A DNA stretch of 24,000 nt from Aeromonas fluvialis (GCF_000819885.1 NZ_CDBO01000069.1:73675-97674), one strand, 5' to 3'. Shown: positions 12,363-19,934, counted from the first letter of the stretch. The notes: generated from the sequence alone by a model not told the origin. Numbers and translations: made by a program.

Positions 12363-13157
12363 TTACAGGGTCTTCAGTTTCTCGGGCAATGCTGCCAGCA
12401 CCTCTTCTTTCGCCTTGAGGGAGGCGAACTGTTTGCCGGGCTTCTGCACCACGGTATGGACGAAGATCAGCTGCTTGCCCGGTTTGCTGGCCCAGCCGAC
12501 GAACCAGCCGATCTGCTGATCGCGGTTGAGGCTGCCATCCAGCTTCTTCGGGTAGCCCATGCCGGTCTTGCCGTGGATCTGCCAGCCCTCGATCTCGCTC
12601 ACCTTGAGGATATTGGTGGTGTACTGCAGGGTTTGCGCCGAAACCGGCAGCTTGCCGCTCAGCATCTTGCCGAGGAAGCGGGCCTGCTCCTCCGGACTGA
12701 TGGCTAGGCTGGAACTGAGCCAGGCCTGGGTCAGGCCGTCATGTTTGCCCGGATTGCCGGAGAGATCACGGTTGCCGTAGTCGAAGCGGTCGACATATTG
12801 CTGGAAACGTTCCATCCCCAGCCATTCGGTGATCTGCTGGGAGAACCAGACGACCGAGTAGGTTTCCCAGCGGCGTGGGGTAGTGGTTTCGCGCCAGGCG
12901 GGCAGCCAGCCATCGTAGCTCGGCTTGTAGGGCAGCGCCGGATGCTTTTCATCTACCAGAAAGCCGCTGTCATAGCCCATCAGCGCGAGCGGGATCTTGA
13001 AGGTGGACGCGGGCGGCAGCTGGCTGGAGCAGTCCCCTTCGCTGGAGAGGGTCTGACCGTTGCCGTCAGCATAGAGAAAGCAGCCGCTGGCGGCGGAGGC
13101 TGGCAGGGCTGCGAGCAGACCGGCAGCCAGCAGGCAGGAGAGAAGCAGGCGGGACAT
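12363..13157 (-). CDS. blaOXA: Class D beta-lactamase, OXA-12 family (AmpS/AmpH-type Aeromonas penicillinase)
   Basis: 264 aa with all class D signature motifs: S51-T-F-K, S101-V-V, Y127-G-N, K196-T-G. It has an N-terminal signal peptide. Its linkage to blrAB is as reported for Aeromonas amp genes. Confidence 0.92.
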   Translation of the reverse strand: MSRLLLSCLLAAGLLAALPASAASGCFLYADGNGQTLSSEGDCSSQLPPASTFKIPLALMGYDSGFLVDEKHPALPYKPSYDGWLPAWRETTTPRRWETYSVVWFSQQITEWLGMERFQQYVDRFDYGNRDLSGNPGKHDGLTQAWLSSSLAISPEEQARFLGKMLSGKLPVSAQTLQYTTNILKVSEIEGWQIHGKTGMGYPKKLDGSLNRDQQIGWFVGWASKPGKQLIFVHTVVQKPGKQFASLKAKEEVLAALPEKLKTL

Positions 13158-13222
13158 AGCATTTCCTTGAGCAAATGGATGAGGCTAATCAATAAGATAA
13201 GGCGGAAGTTTAACGCCGCTTT

Positions 13223-13238
13223 GTGTGGGGAATGTGAA
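13223..13238 (-). promoter_or_regulatory. Degenerate cre/blr tag upstream of bla (TTCAC-N6-CACAC)
   Basis: The minus strand reads TTCACattcccCACAC. The first half-site is perfect and the second retains only the CAC core (3/5). It lies in the 95-bp creC-bla spacer. Confidence 0.35.
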
Positions 13239-13252
13239 GTTGCGGGAGGTGA

Positions 13253-14674
13253 CTAGGCGAACGGCAGCCAGAGTTCCGCCAGCGCGCCTCCTTCCTGCTG
13301 GTTGCTCAGGGTCAGGCGACCGCCATGCTGGTGGGCCACCTCATGGGCGAAACTGAGCCCCAGACCGCTGCTCTTGCCCTTGTCCGGTCGTGGCAGCGAG
13401 TAGAAGCGCTCGAAGATGCGTGGCAATGCGTAGTCGGGAATGCCGGGGCCGCTGTCGGTGACCCGAAAACAGTAGCCCTCCTCCTGCTGGCTGCCGCTCA
13501 GAGTGACCTGCCCATTGGCGGGAGAGAAGTCGATGGCGTTATCCAGCAGGTTGCCGATGGCCTGCTCCACCAACAGGGGATCCCACTTCTGTTTCGGCGC
13601 GCTGGCCAGCTCGGCTACCAGCGCCACCTGACGGCGCTGGGCGATGATCTGGCGAGCATCGAGGGTGCGCTTTCCCAGTTTTGCCGGTTCCACCGACTGG
13701 CGATCCAGCCCCTGCCCCGACTCCAGCCGCGCCAGTTGCAGCATTCGCTCGATCAGCTGCTGCATGCGCGCGGTTTCCAGATTGATGTTGCCGATAAAGC
13801 GTTTGGCGACTTCGGGAGGCGGCGTTTCGGCCAAAATCTCCCCTGCACCACGAATGGCTGCCAGCGGGCTCTTCAGCTCGTGGGTCAGGCTGTGCACATA
13901 GGCTTCGATGTAGCTTTTGCCATCGAGCTGGTGGCGCATGGTCTCAAGCGAGCGGCCGAGCCGATCCAGCTCGACGGTGTGCAGCCGTGGCAGCGGTGCC
14001 GCCTCCCCCTTGCTGACCGAGTCGGCGTAGTGCACCAGTTTGCCGATGGCGCGGTTGAGCCACCACACCAGCAGGCTGCCGATCAGCAGCGAGATGAGCA
14101 GCATCTGGCCGCCGGCCCGCAGCAGTTCCTGTTCCCCCCGCTCAATGGCGGGCATCAGGGTGCGATTGGGTTTGGCGACGGTGAGGGAGCCGATGATCTC
14201 TGTCCCCTCCCGCAGCGGCGCCGCCACATACATGGTCGAGCTGGCGGCATCGTCGGGATCGGTGCGGGTGCTGCGGGCGCCATACTGGCCACGCAGTGTG
14301 CGGTAGACATCGTTCCAGCGCGAATAGTCTTTGCCCAGATCCGTGCCGTCGGAGTCGTAAATCACCATGCCCTTCTGGTCAGTGACATAGATGCGATACT
14401 CCGCCTGCTGCTTGAGGTGGCCATCGATCATCGCATTGATGGGATTCTGGTTGAGGCGGGCGAAGGCGCTGGCCAACCGCCCGTTCATCATATTGCCCTC
14501 TTTCAGATCATCGAGCGCGAGCGGCGCCAGCAGCTGGGTCATGTCTACCAAAGTATCCTCGGTGGCGCTGCGCACCCCGGGTTTGATCTCCTTGACGAAG
14601 ATCTCCAGCACGAACCAGGCGGCCAGCGCGAAGATCAGCAGCAGGCCGCACAGTAGTTGCAACCCAAGTCTCAT
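13253..14674 (-). CDS. creC: Two-component sensor histidine kinase CreC (BlrB)
   Basis: 473 aa. It has an N-terminal TM helix, a periplasmic domain, a second TM helix, H-box 'HELKSPLAAIRG', N-box 'LLDNAIDFS' and G-box 'SSGLGLSF'. The start overlaps the creB stop (ATGA). Confidence 0.9.
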   Translation of the reverse strand: MRLGLQLLCGLLLIFALAAWFVLEIFVKEIKPGVRSATEDTLVDMTQLLAPLALDDLKEGNMMNGRLASAFARLNQNPINAMIDGHLKQQAEYRIYVTDQKGMVIYDSDGTDLGKDYSRWNDVYRTLRGQYGARSTRTDPDDAASSTMYVAAPLREGTEIIGSLTVAKPNRTLMPAIERGEQELLRAGGQMLLISLLIGSLLVWWLNRAIGKLVHYADSVSKGEAAPLPRLHTVELDRLGRSLETMRHQLDGKSYIEAYVHSLTHELKSPLAAIRGAGEILAETPPPEVAKRFIGNINLETARMQQLIERMLQLARLESGQGLDRQSVEPAKLGKRTLDARQIIAQRRQVALVAELASAPKQKWDPLLVEQAIGNLLDNAIDFSPANGQVTLSGSQQEEGYCFRVTDSGPGIPDYALPRIFERFYSLPRPDKGKSSGLGLSFAHEVAHQHGGRLTLSNQQEGGALAELWLPFA

Positions 14675-15345
14675 GCCAGCTCCAGGCTGTAGCCCAGCCC
14701 GCGATGGGTGAGGATCAGGTTGGCCTCGGGATCATGTTCGCGCAGCTTGGCGCGGATGGTCTTGATGTGGGTATCGACGGTACGATCCAGACTCTCCTCC
14801 GCATCCTGCCACACCAGATCCATCAGCTGCTGGCGGGAGTAGACCCGCCCCGGCGCCTGCACCAGGGTCTTGAGCAGCAGATATTCGTAGCGGGTGAGGG
14901 CCAGCGGCTGGCCGCGAAAATGGATGCGGGCCCGCTCCTCATCCAGCACCAGCAGAGCGCTGGGTTGGGGGGTGACGGGCTGGCTGCGGCGCAGGATGAC
15001 CCGCACCCGGGCGCACACTTCCCGTGGCGAGAAGGGTTTGGCCACATAGTCATCGGCACCGATCTCCAGCCCGATCAGCCGGTCTATCTCCTCGCTGCGG
15101 GCGGTGAGGAACATCAGGGGAATATCGGTCAGCGCCCTCACCTGCTTGCAGAGTTCGAAGCCGCTGATGTCGGGCAGCCCCACATCGAGGATCAAGAAGT
15201 CGGGTCGCGTCTGTTCCAGTCGTGTCAGTAACTGCTGGCCCAACATGAACCACTCCACCTCGAACCCGTCGGTCTGCAGGGCGTAAATCAGGGTGTCGGC
15301 GATGCTGGCCTCATCCTCCACCAGCCAGATGACTCTCTTTTGCAT
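14671..15345 (-). CDS. creB: OmpR-family response regulator CreB (BlrA)
   Basis: I chose ATG 15345 (MQKRVIWLVEDE...) because GAGGA lies 5 nt upstream and it aligns with the E. coli CreB N-terminus. The ORF-track start at 15390 adds 15 non-conserved residues. It has the receiver Asp in 'LILDVGLPDISGFEL' and a winged-helix C-terminus. Confidence 0.9.
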   Translation of the reverse strand: MQKRVIWLVEDEASIADTLIYALQTDGFEVEWFMLGQQLLTRLEQTRPDFLILDVGLPDISGFELCKQVRALTDIPLMFLTARSEEIDRLIGLEIGADDYVAKPFSPREVCARVRVILRRSQPVTPQPSALLVLDEERARIHFRGQPLALTRYEYLLLKTLVQAPGRVYSRQQLMDLVWQDAEESLDRTVDTHIKTIRAKLREHDPEANLILTHRGLGYSLELA

Positions 15346-15436
15346 GGCATCCTCGTCGCAAATTGGCCCCCCATTCTGGCATCGAACCAAATCGGATCCT
15401 ATTTGCTGTTTTATTTTTCCGAAAAAGGGGCTAATA

Positions 15437-15460
15437 TTTCGATGCTCTTTCGAATCGAAA
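15437..15460. promoter_or_regulatory. Candidate operator: nested TTTCGA-type dyads directly upstream of the DeoR-family gene
   Basis: TTTCGAT (15437-15443) and ATCGAAA (15454-15460) form an inverted repeat. Nested inside is the perfect palindrome TTTCGA-A-TCGAAA (15448-15460), which ends 8 nt before the ATG at 15468. Confidence 0.35.
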
Positions 15461-15467
15461 CTTAAAG

Positions 15468-16241
15468 ATGACCAAACGTAATACTCAACAACGCCGCCAC
15501 ACCATAGTGACCCTGGTACAAGAGCAGGGTGAAGTGAGTGTCGACGCCCTTGCCAAACACTTTGCTACCTCTGAAGTGACCATCCGTAAAGATCTGGCCG
15601 TACTGGAGACCGGCGGTCTGCTGCTGCGCCGTTACGGTGGCGCCGTCCCCTTGCCCAGCGAGATGGTGGTCGAGGCCAATCCCGAACAAGTTTCTAACCG
15701 AAAGTTAGCCATTGCCCGTGCGGCGGCCGAGCGGCTGCGAGATCACAACCGCGTCATCATCGACAGCGGCAGCACCACCAGCGCCATGATCCCCATGCTG
15801 GGCAACAAGCGCGGCCTCATCGTGATGACCAACTCACTCAATGTGGCCGGTGCCCTGCGCGAGCTGGAAAATGAGCCTACCCTGTTAATGACCGGTGGCA
15901 CTTGGGACCCTCACTCCGAATCCTTCCAGGGGCAGGTGGCGGAACAGGTGCTGCGATCCTATGACTTCGACCAGCTCTTTATCGGTGCCGACGGCATCGA
16001 CCCGGAGCGGGGTACCACCACCTTCAACGAGCTGGTGGGCCTGTCGCGCGTCATGGCTGAGGTGTCGCGGGAGGTCATTGTGATGGTCGAATCGGAAAAG
16101 ATCGGCCGCAAGATCCCCAATCTCGAACTGCCCTGGTCCAGCATTCAGACCGTCATCACCGATGATGGTTTGGCCAGCGAAGCCAGAGAACATATTCAGG
16201 CTCAGGGCATCCAGCTTATCTGTGCCCCGCTCGCCTGCTGA
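15468..16241 (+). CDS. DeoR/GlpR-family transcriptional regulator (GlmR-like, upstream of glmS)
   Basis: 257 aa. It has the N-terminal DeoR HTH 'VSVDALAKHFATSEVTIRKDLAVLE' and a C-terminal DeoR sugar-phosphate-binding (ISOCOT-like) domain. It occupies the same position relative to glmS as P. aeruginosa GlmR. Confidence 0.85.
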   Translation: MTKRNTQQRRHTIVTLVQEQGEVSVDALAKHFATSEVTIRKDLAVLETGGLLLRRYGGAVPLPSEMVVEANPEQVSNRKLAIARAAAERLRDHNRVIIDSGSTTSAMIPMLGNKRGLIVMTNSLNVAGALRELENEPTLLMTGGTWDPHSESFQGQVAEQVLRSYDFDQLFIGADGIDPERGTTTFNELVGLSRVMAEVSREVIVMVESEKIGRKIPNLELPWSSIQTVITDDGLASEAREHIQAQGIQLICAPLAC

Positions 16242-16295
16242 TACAGAGCACGGAACATAACCGAATCAACGTTTTTGCATCTCAAGGAGAAGTGT

Positions 16296-18128
16296 ATGTG
16301 TGGCATCGTCGGGGCTGTCGCCCAACGTGATGTGGCTGAAATTCTGGTAGAGGGCCTGCGCCGTCTGGAGTACCGCGGTTATGACTCCGCCGGTGTGGCC
16401 GTGTTCAGCGCCAACCAGCCGTTGCAGCGGGTTCGCCGTCTGGGCAAGGTGGCCGAGCTGGCCAAGGCGCTCGACGAGCAGTCCGTCCATGGTGGTACCG
16501 GTATTGCCCATACCCGTTGGGCTACCCATGGCGAGCCTTCCGAGCGTAACGCCCACCCTCACGTTTCCGAGCATATCGTAGTGGTGCACAACGGCATCAT
16601 CGAGAACCACGAAGCGTTGCGGGAAGAGCTGCAGGCGCTGGGCTATGTGTTCAGCTCCGACACCGATACCGAAGTGATCGCCCATCTGGTGCATCACGAA
16701 TTGAAGCGCGCCGATAGCCTGCTGGCCGCCATGCAGATTGCGGTGAAGCAGCTGCGCGGTGCCTACGGTACCGTGGTGATGGATAGCCGCGACGACAGCC
16801 GCGTGGTGGTTGCCCGCTCCGGCTCCCCGCTGGTGATCGGTCGTGGCATCGGTGAGAACTTTATCGCCTCCGACCAGATGGCGCTGCTGCCGGTGACCCG
16901 TCGCTTCATCTTCCTGGAAGAGGGCGACGTGGCCGAAGTGACCCGTCGTGATGTGCACATCTTCGATAGCAACGGTAACGCCGTGGTGCGCGTAGAGCAG
17001 GAGTCCGAACTCTCCCACGATGCCGGTGACAAGGGCGAATACCGCCACTACATGCTCAAAGAGATCCACGAGCAGCCCAAAGCGATCACCAACACCCTGG
17101 AAGGACGGTTGGGCAGCGATCACGTGGTAGTTGAATCGTTTGGCAACGGGGCGCGCGCCATCTTTGACAAGGTCGAGCACGTGCAGATCGTCGCCTGTGG
17201 CACCTCCTATCACTCCGGCATGGTGGCCCGCTACTGGTTTGAAGAGATCGCTGGCGTCTCCTGCGATGTGGAGATTGCCTCCGAGTTCCGCTATCGCAAA
17301 TCGGTAGTACGCCCCAACAGCCTGCTGGTGACCCTCTCCCAGAGTGGCGAGACCGCCGATACCCTGGCGGCGCTGCGTCTGGCCAAGGAGTCCGGCTACA
17401 TGAGCTCGCTGGCTATCTGCAACGTGCCGGGCTCCTCGCTGGTGCGTGAATCGGATCTGGCTTTCATGACCCGTGCCGGTGCCGAGATTGGGGTAGCCTC
17501 CACCAAGGCGTTCACCACCCAGCTGGCCGGTCTGCTGATGCTGGTGGCCTCCGTCGGTCACTGCCGTGGCAACCTGAGTGCCGCCGCCGAGGCCGAGCTG
17601 GTCAAGGCGCTGCAAGCCCTGCCGCTGCGTATTAAAGAGAGTCTGGCGCTGGCCAAGGATATCGAAACCCTGGCCGAAGAGTTTGCCGACAAGCAGCACA
17701 GCCTGTTCCTCGGCCGTGGCAGCCAGTACCCCATCGCCATGGAAGGGGCGCTCAAGCTCAAAGAGATCTCCTACATCCACGCCGAAGCCTACGCCGCTGG
17801 TGAACTGAAGCACGGCCCGCTGGCGCTGATCGATGCCGAGATGCCCATCATTGTGGTGGCGCCGAACAACGATCTGTTGGAGAAGCTCAAGTCCAACGTG
17901 GAAGAGGTGCGCGCCCGTGGCGGGATTCTCTACGTGTTCGCCGATGCCGATACCGGCTTCAAGAGCGACCAGACCATGCGGGTCATGAACCTCAACCATG
18001 TGGAAGAGGTGATCGCCCCCATCGTCTATACCGTGCCGCTGCAACTGCTCTCCTACCACGTCGCCCTGATCAAGGGCACCGATGTGGATCAGCCGCGCAA
18101 CCTGGCGAAATCGGTGACCGTTGAGTAA
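16296..18128 (+). CDS. glmS: Glutamine--fructose-6-phosphate aminotransferase (isomerizing)
   Basis: The start is set at ATG 16296 (MCGIVGAV...), which makes the catalytic N-terminal Cys residue 2, with AAGGAG 6 nt upstream. The ORF-track TTG at 16275 adds 7 spurious residues. It has SIS domains ('SQSGETADT') and the conserved C-terminus '[10 protein letters not shown]'. Confidence 0.97.
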   Translation: MCGIVGAVAQRDVAEILVEGLRRLEYRGYDSAGVAVFSANQPLQRVRRLGKVAELAKALDEQSVHGGTGIAHTRWATHGEPSERNAHPHVSEHIVVVHNGIIENHEALREELQALGYVFSSDTDTEVIAHLVHHELKRADSLLAAMQIAVKQLRGAYGTVVMDSRDDSRVVVARSGSPLVIGRGIGENFIASDQMALLPVTRRFIFLEEGDVAEVTRRDVHIFDSNGNAVVRVEQESELSHDAGDKGEYRHYMLKEIHEQPKAITNTLEGRLGSDHVVVESFGNGARAIFDKVEHVQIVACGTSYHSGMVARYWFEEIAGVSCDVEIASEFRYRKSVVRPNSLLVTLSQSGETADTLAALRLAKESGYMSSLAICNVPGSSLVRESDLAFMTRAGAEIGVASTKAFTTQLAGLLMLVASVGHCRGNLSAAAEAELVKALQALPLRIKESLALAKDIETLAEEFADKQHSLFLGRGSQYPIAMEGALKLKEISYIHAEAYAAGELKHGPLALIDAEMPIIVVAPNNDLLEKLKSNVEEVRARGGILYVFADADTGFKSDQTMRVMNLNHVEEVIAPIVYTVPLQLLSYHVALIKGTDVDQPRNLAKSVTVE

Positions 18129-18144
18129 GCCATCCTCTGAAATG

Positions 18145-18172
18145 AAAAAGAGCCGCATTTGCGGCTCTTTTT
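18145..18172. terminator. Bidirectional intrinsic terminator between convergent glmS and the luxR-family gene
   Basis: AAAAAGAGCCGC (18145-18156), ATTT loop, GCGGCTCTTTTT (18161-18172). The A/T runs flanking the GC stem let it work in both orientations. Confidence 0.85.
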
Positions 18173-18185
18173 GTTGCGACTGAGG

Positions 18186-18962
18186 TTACGACAGCCGCAG
18201 GTTGGTGATGGTGACCTCGTCGAGGGAGGGCACTATGATGCCGCTGGTGATCCCCTTGGCGATAGCCTGACTGCGATTCTTGGAGTCGGTCTTGTTGGTC
18301 ACCTGGGTCAGGTGGAAGTTCACCGTCCGCTCGGTGATGCCGAGGATGGTGGCTATCTCCCAGGAGGTCTTGCCCTCACTGGCCCAGAACAGACACTCCT
18401 TCTCCCGATCCGACAGTTCGGTCAGGTATTTCATCATATCCGGCCTGCTTTTGATCAGTTGTAGCGCCGAGTTGAAGATGTAGCTGGCGCAGAACGACAG
18501 CAGCGGGACATTTTCAAACATCAGGTCGGAGTTGGATTTGTCCTTGGTGATGAATGACAAAATGCCGTGCTCTCCCTGCGGGGTGTGGAGCGGGAAGGAG
18601 ACACCATTGCGCACGCCGAAATCGGCAGCCAGGTTCATCACGTCGCGGCTGGCGCTGGGTAGCCAGGGAGAGTCGCAGTCGAGCTTGTTCCAGAAGATGG
18701 GCTGGGTCTGTTTCAGCCCCAGATAGACCACTGGATCCTGGGTCAGATAGTGGTTTTCGCTGTAGGCGTCAAACCAGGTGGTCGGACAGTTGTTGAACAG
18801 TGCCACGTGGGATTTTTGCATGCTGATGGGAAAAATTATTAGCAGCCGAAAGTAATCAAAGCCCATTTGATGACTGAAGCGCTCCAGCTGTTGCTGGATA
18901 TCGCTGGTTTTTGTTGCCTTGGTGAACTTGTCGATATGTTCCCAGATCGCATCGTTGAGCAT
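18186..18962 (-). CDS. LuxR-family acyl-homoserine-lactone-type receptor/transcription factor with no adjacent luxI (LuxR solo, AhyR paralogue)
   Basis: 258 aa. The N-terminal autoinducer-binding domain retains the invariant residues W63, Y67, D76, P77, W91 and G120 by eye-alignment to TraR W57/Y61/D70/P71/W85/G113. The C-terminal HTH 'REKECLFWASEGKTSWEIATILGITERTVNFHL' carries E187/L191/G197. SD AAGGAG lies 6 nt upstream of the ATG. No AHL synthase gene is present in the window. Confidence 0.88.
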   Translation of the reverse strand: MLNDAIWEHIDKFTKATKTSDIQQQLERFSHQMGFDYFRLLIIFPISMQKSHVALFNNCPTTWFDAYSENHYLTQDPVVYLGLKQTQPIFWNKLDCDSPWLPSASRDVMNLAADFGVRNGVSFPLHTPQGEHGILSFITKDKSNSDLMFENVPLLSFCASYIFNSALQLIKSRPDMMKYLTELSDREKECLFWASEGKTSWEIATILGITERTVNFHLTQVTNKTDSKNRSQAIAKGITSGIIVPSLDEVTITNLRLS

Positions 18963-18973
18963 TACTTTCTCCT

Positions 18974-19002
18974 TTTTCGATCTCTATCACACTGATCGAA
19001 AA
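18974..19002 (-). promoter_or_regulatory. 9-bp perfect inverted repeat in the luxR-solo leader, abutting its Shine-Dalgarno
   Basis: TTTTCGATC (18974-18982), an 11-nt spacer, then GATCGAAAA (18994-19002). Each arm contains a GATC. The proximal arm touches the SD (plus-strand CTCCTT at 18969-18974). Confidence 0.4.
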
Positions 19003-19134
19003 GATTTTTTCTCGTTATTTATATTTGTGTGGTGGCTATTGGCGCCACTTATTCCGTGCGTGCTTAAAAATTATCCTGTTTTTGTGCATAAAGGCCAAGA
19101 AAATCCTCTCGTTGCCAGTCCACCCTGCATTTGA

Positions 19135-19153
19135 GATAATGATAATAGTTATC
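19135..19153 (+). promoter_or_regulatory. Fur box upstream of the TonB2-type operon
   Basis: GATAATGATAATAGTTATC matches the 19-bp Fur consensus GATAATGATAATCATTATC at 17/19 positions. It lies 20 nt upstream of the first gene's ATG (19173). Confidence 0.8.
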
Positions 19154-19172
19154 ATTAGTAAGATGTATTTCA

Positions 19173-19934
19173 ATGAACAAATTATGGGGTGTGGCCCTGC
19201 TGCCACTGTCAGTCCACTTTGCTGCCATCGGGGATGAGCTGGTTGCTCCCGCCCTCAAGAACAGTATCGCTGCTGGCAAAGCCTCCCAGCAGCGGGTGGA
19301 AAAAGCCGCCGATGCCGCCGTTGCCGCACGACTGGAGCTGCAAAATGCCCAGCTGCAACTGCGCGACCTCGAAGCCTACAACCGCTACATGCAATCTCTG
19401 GTGGCCGATCAGCAAAATGAGCTGGGTAAATTGAGTCAGCAGCTGGAAGCGGTACAAGAGACCCGTCAGGGCTTGATCCCGCTGATGCTGCAGATGCAGG
19501 CAGATCTGGAACAGCTGGTGCAAAACGACATCCCGCTGCGCAAGGAAGATCGTTTGGCGCGGGTTGAACAGTTGAAAGCGACCCTGGCTCGCGCAGACGT
19601 TAGCGAGGCGGAGAAATTCCGTCAGTTGCTGCAGGCCTATCAGATCGAAGCCGAATACGGCAGCCGGATGGACAGCTATTCCGCCGAGCTGGAGCTGGAT
19701 GGTGCCCCGCGTCGGGTCGATGTGCTGGCGCTGGGTCGGGTCTCCCTGCTGGCAATGACTGCGGATCGCAGTCAGGCATGGCGCTGGTCCGCCGAGGCGA
19801 AGCAGTGGCAAGCCCTCGATAGCCAGTGGCTCTCCCCCATCGCCGAGGCGATGGATGTGGCCGCCGACAAGAAAGTTCCCCAGTTGCTCAATGTCCCCCT
19901 CTCTGTCAGCCGCAGTCAGGAGGCCCAATCATGA
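19173..19934 (+). CDS. DUF3450-family periplasmic coiled-coil protein (TtpB-like, TonB2-system accessory)
   Basis: 253 aa. It has a signal-peptide-like N-terminus (MNKLWGVALLPLSVHFAA), a long heptad-rich region, and the conserved block 'DVSEAEKFRQLLQAYQIEAEYG'. It is the first gene of the TonB2-type cluster, as in Vibrio. No clear SD is present, so the start is slightly uncertain. Confidence 0.7.
   Translation: MNKLWGVALLPLSVHFAAIGDELVAPALKNSIAAGKASQQRVEKAADAAVAARLELQNAQLQLRDLEAYNRYMQSLVADQQNELGKLSQQLEAVQETRQGLIPLMLQMQADLEQLVQNDIPLRKEDRLARVEQLKATLARADVSEAEKFRQLLQAYQIEAEYGSRMDSYSAELELDGAPRRVDVLALGRVSLLAMTADRSQAWRWSAEAKQWQALDSQWLSPIAEAMDVAADKKVPQLLNVPLSVSRSQEAQS

Noticed and set aside
10808-15467. 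Mobile-element boundaries (direct or inverted repeats, integrase, IS remnants) around the creBC-bla-creD module.
   Set aside because: Neither flank shows terminal repeats or a transposase or integrase fragment. GC content and codon usage look the same as in neighbouring core genes. There is no support for a recent mobile origin.
16266-18158. A 630-aa ORF antisense to glmS. Similar long antisense ORFs occur at 7070-8584 (opposite atpD), 5762-7024 (opposite atpA/atpG), 13325-14656 (opposite creC), 19916-21133 (opposite ttpC), 9425-10354 (opposite glmU), 1314-2150 (opposite parB) and 4256-5158.
   Set aside because: Each lies exactly opposite a strongly conserved, well-identified gene. Their translations are low-complexity and rich in Gly, His, Gln, Arg and Val, with no recognisable motifs. 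Stop-poor antisense frames are expected at about 60% GC with strong codon bias, so these are shadow ORFs.
18129-18185. A possible Tn7-like insertion or genomic island at the attTn7 site downstream of glmS.
   Set aside because: The conserved glmS 3' end (...CGCAACCTGGCGAAATCGGTGACCGTTGAGTAA) is followed by only 57 bp, occupied by a terminator hairpin, before the convergent luxR-family stop codon. I saw no Tn7 end repeats, tns genes or duplicated target sequence, so the site looks unoccupied.
18919-19279. Three 70-71-aa ORFs in the luxR-solo/TonB intergenic region (18919-19134 +, 19025-19237 +, 19064-19279 -).
   Set aside because: They overlap each other and the ends of the flanking genes, lack SD sequences and have odd composition. 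They span the Fur box and promoter region, so I treat them as non-coding.
19826-19930. N-terminal extensions proposed by the ORF track for ttpC (19826), the TPR gene (22741), glmS (16275, TTG) and creB (15390).
   Set aside because: The extensions overlap the preceding gene or lack an SD. In each case an internal ATG has a good SD and gives the conserved N-terminus: a signal peptide, catalytic Cys2 in GlmS, or MQKRVIWLVEDE in CreB.
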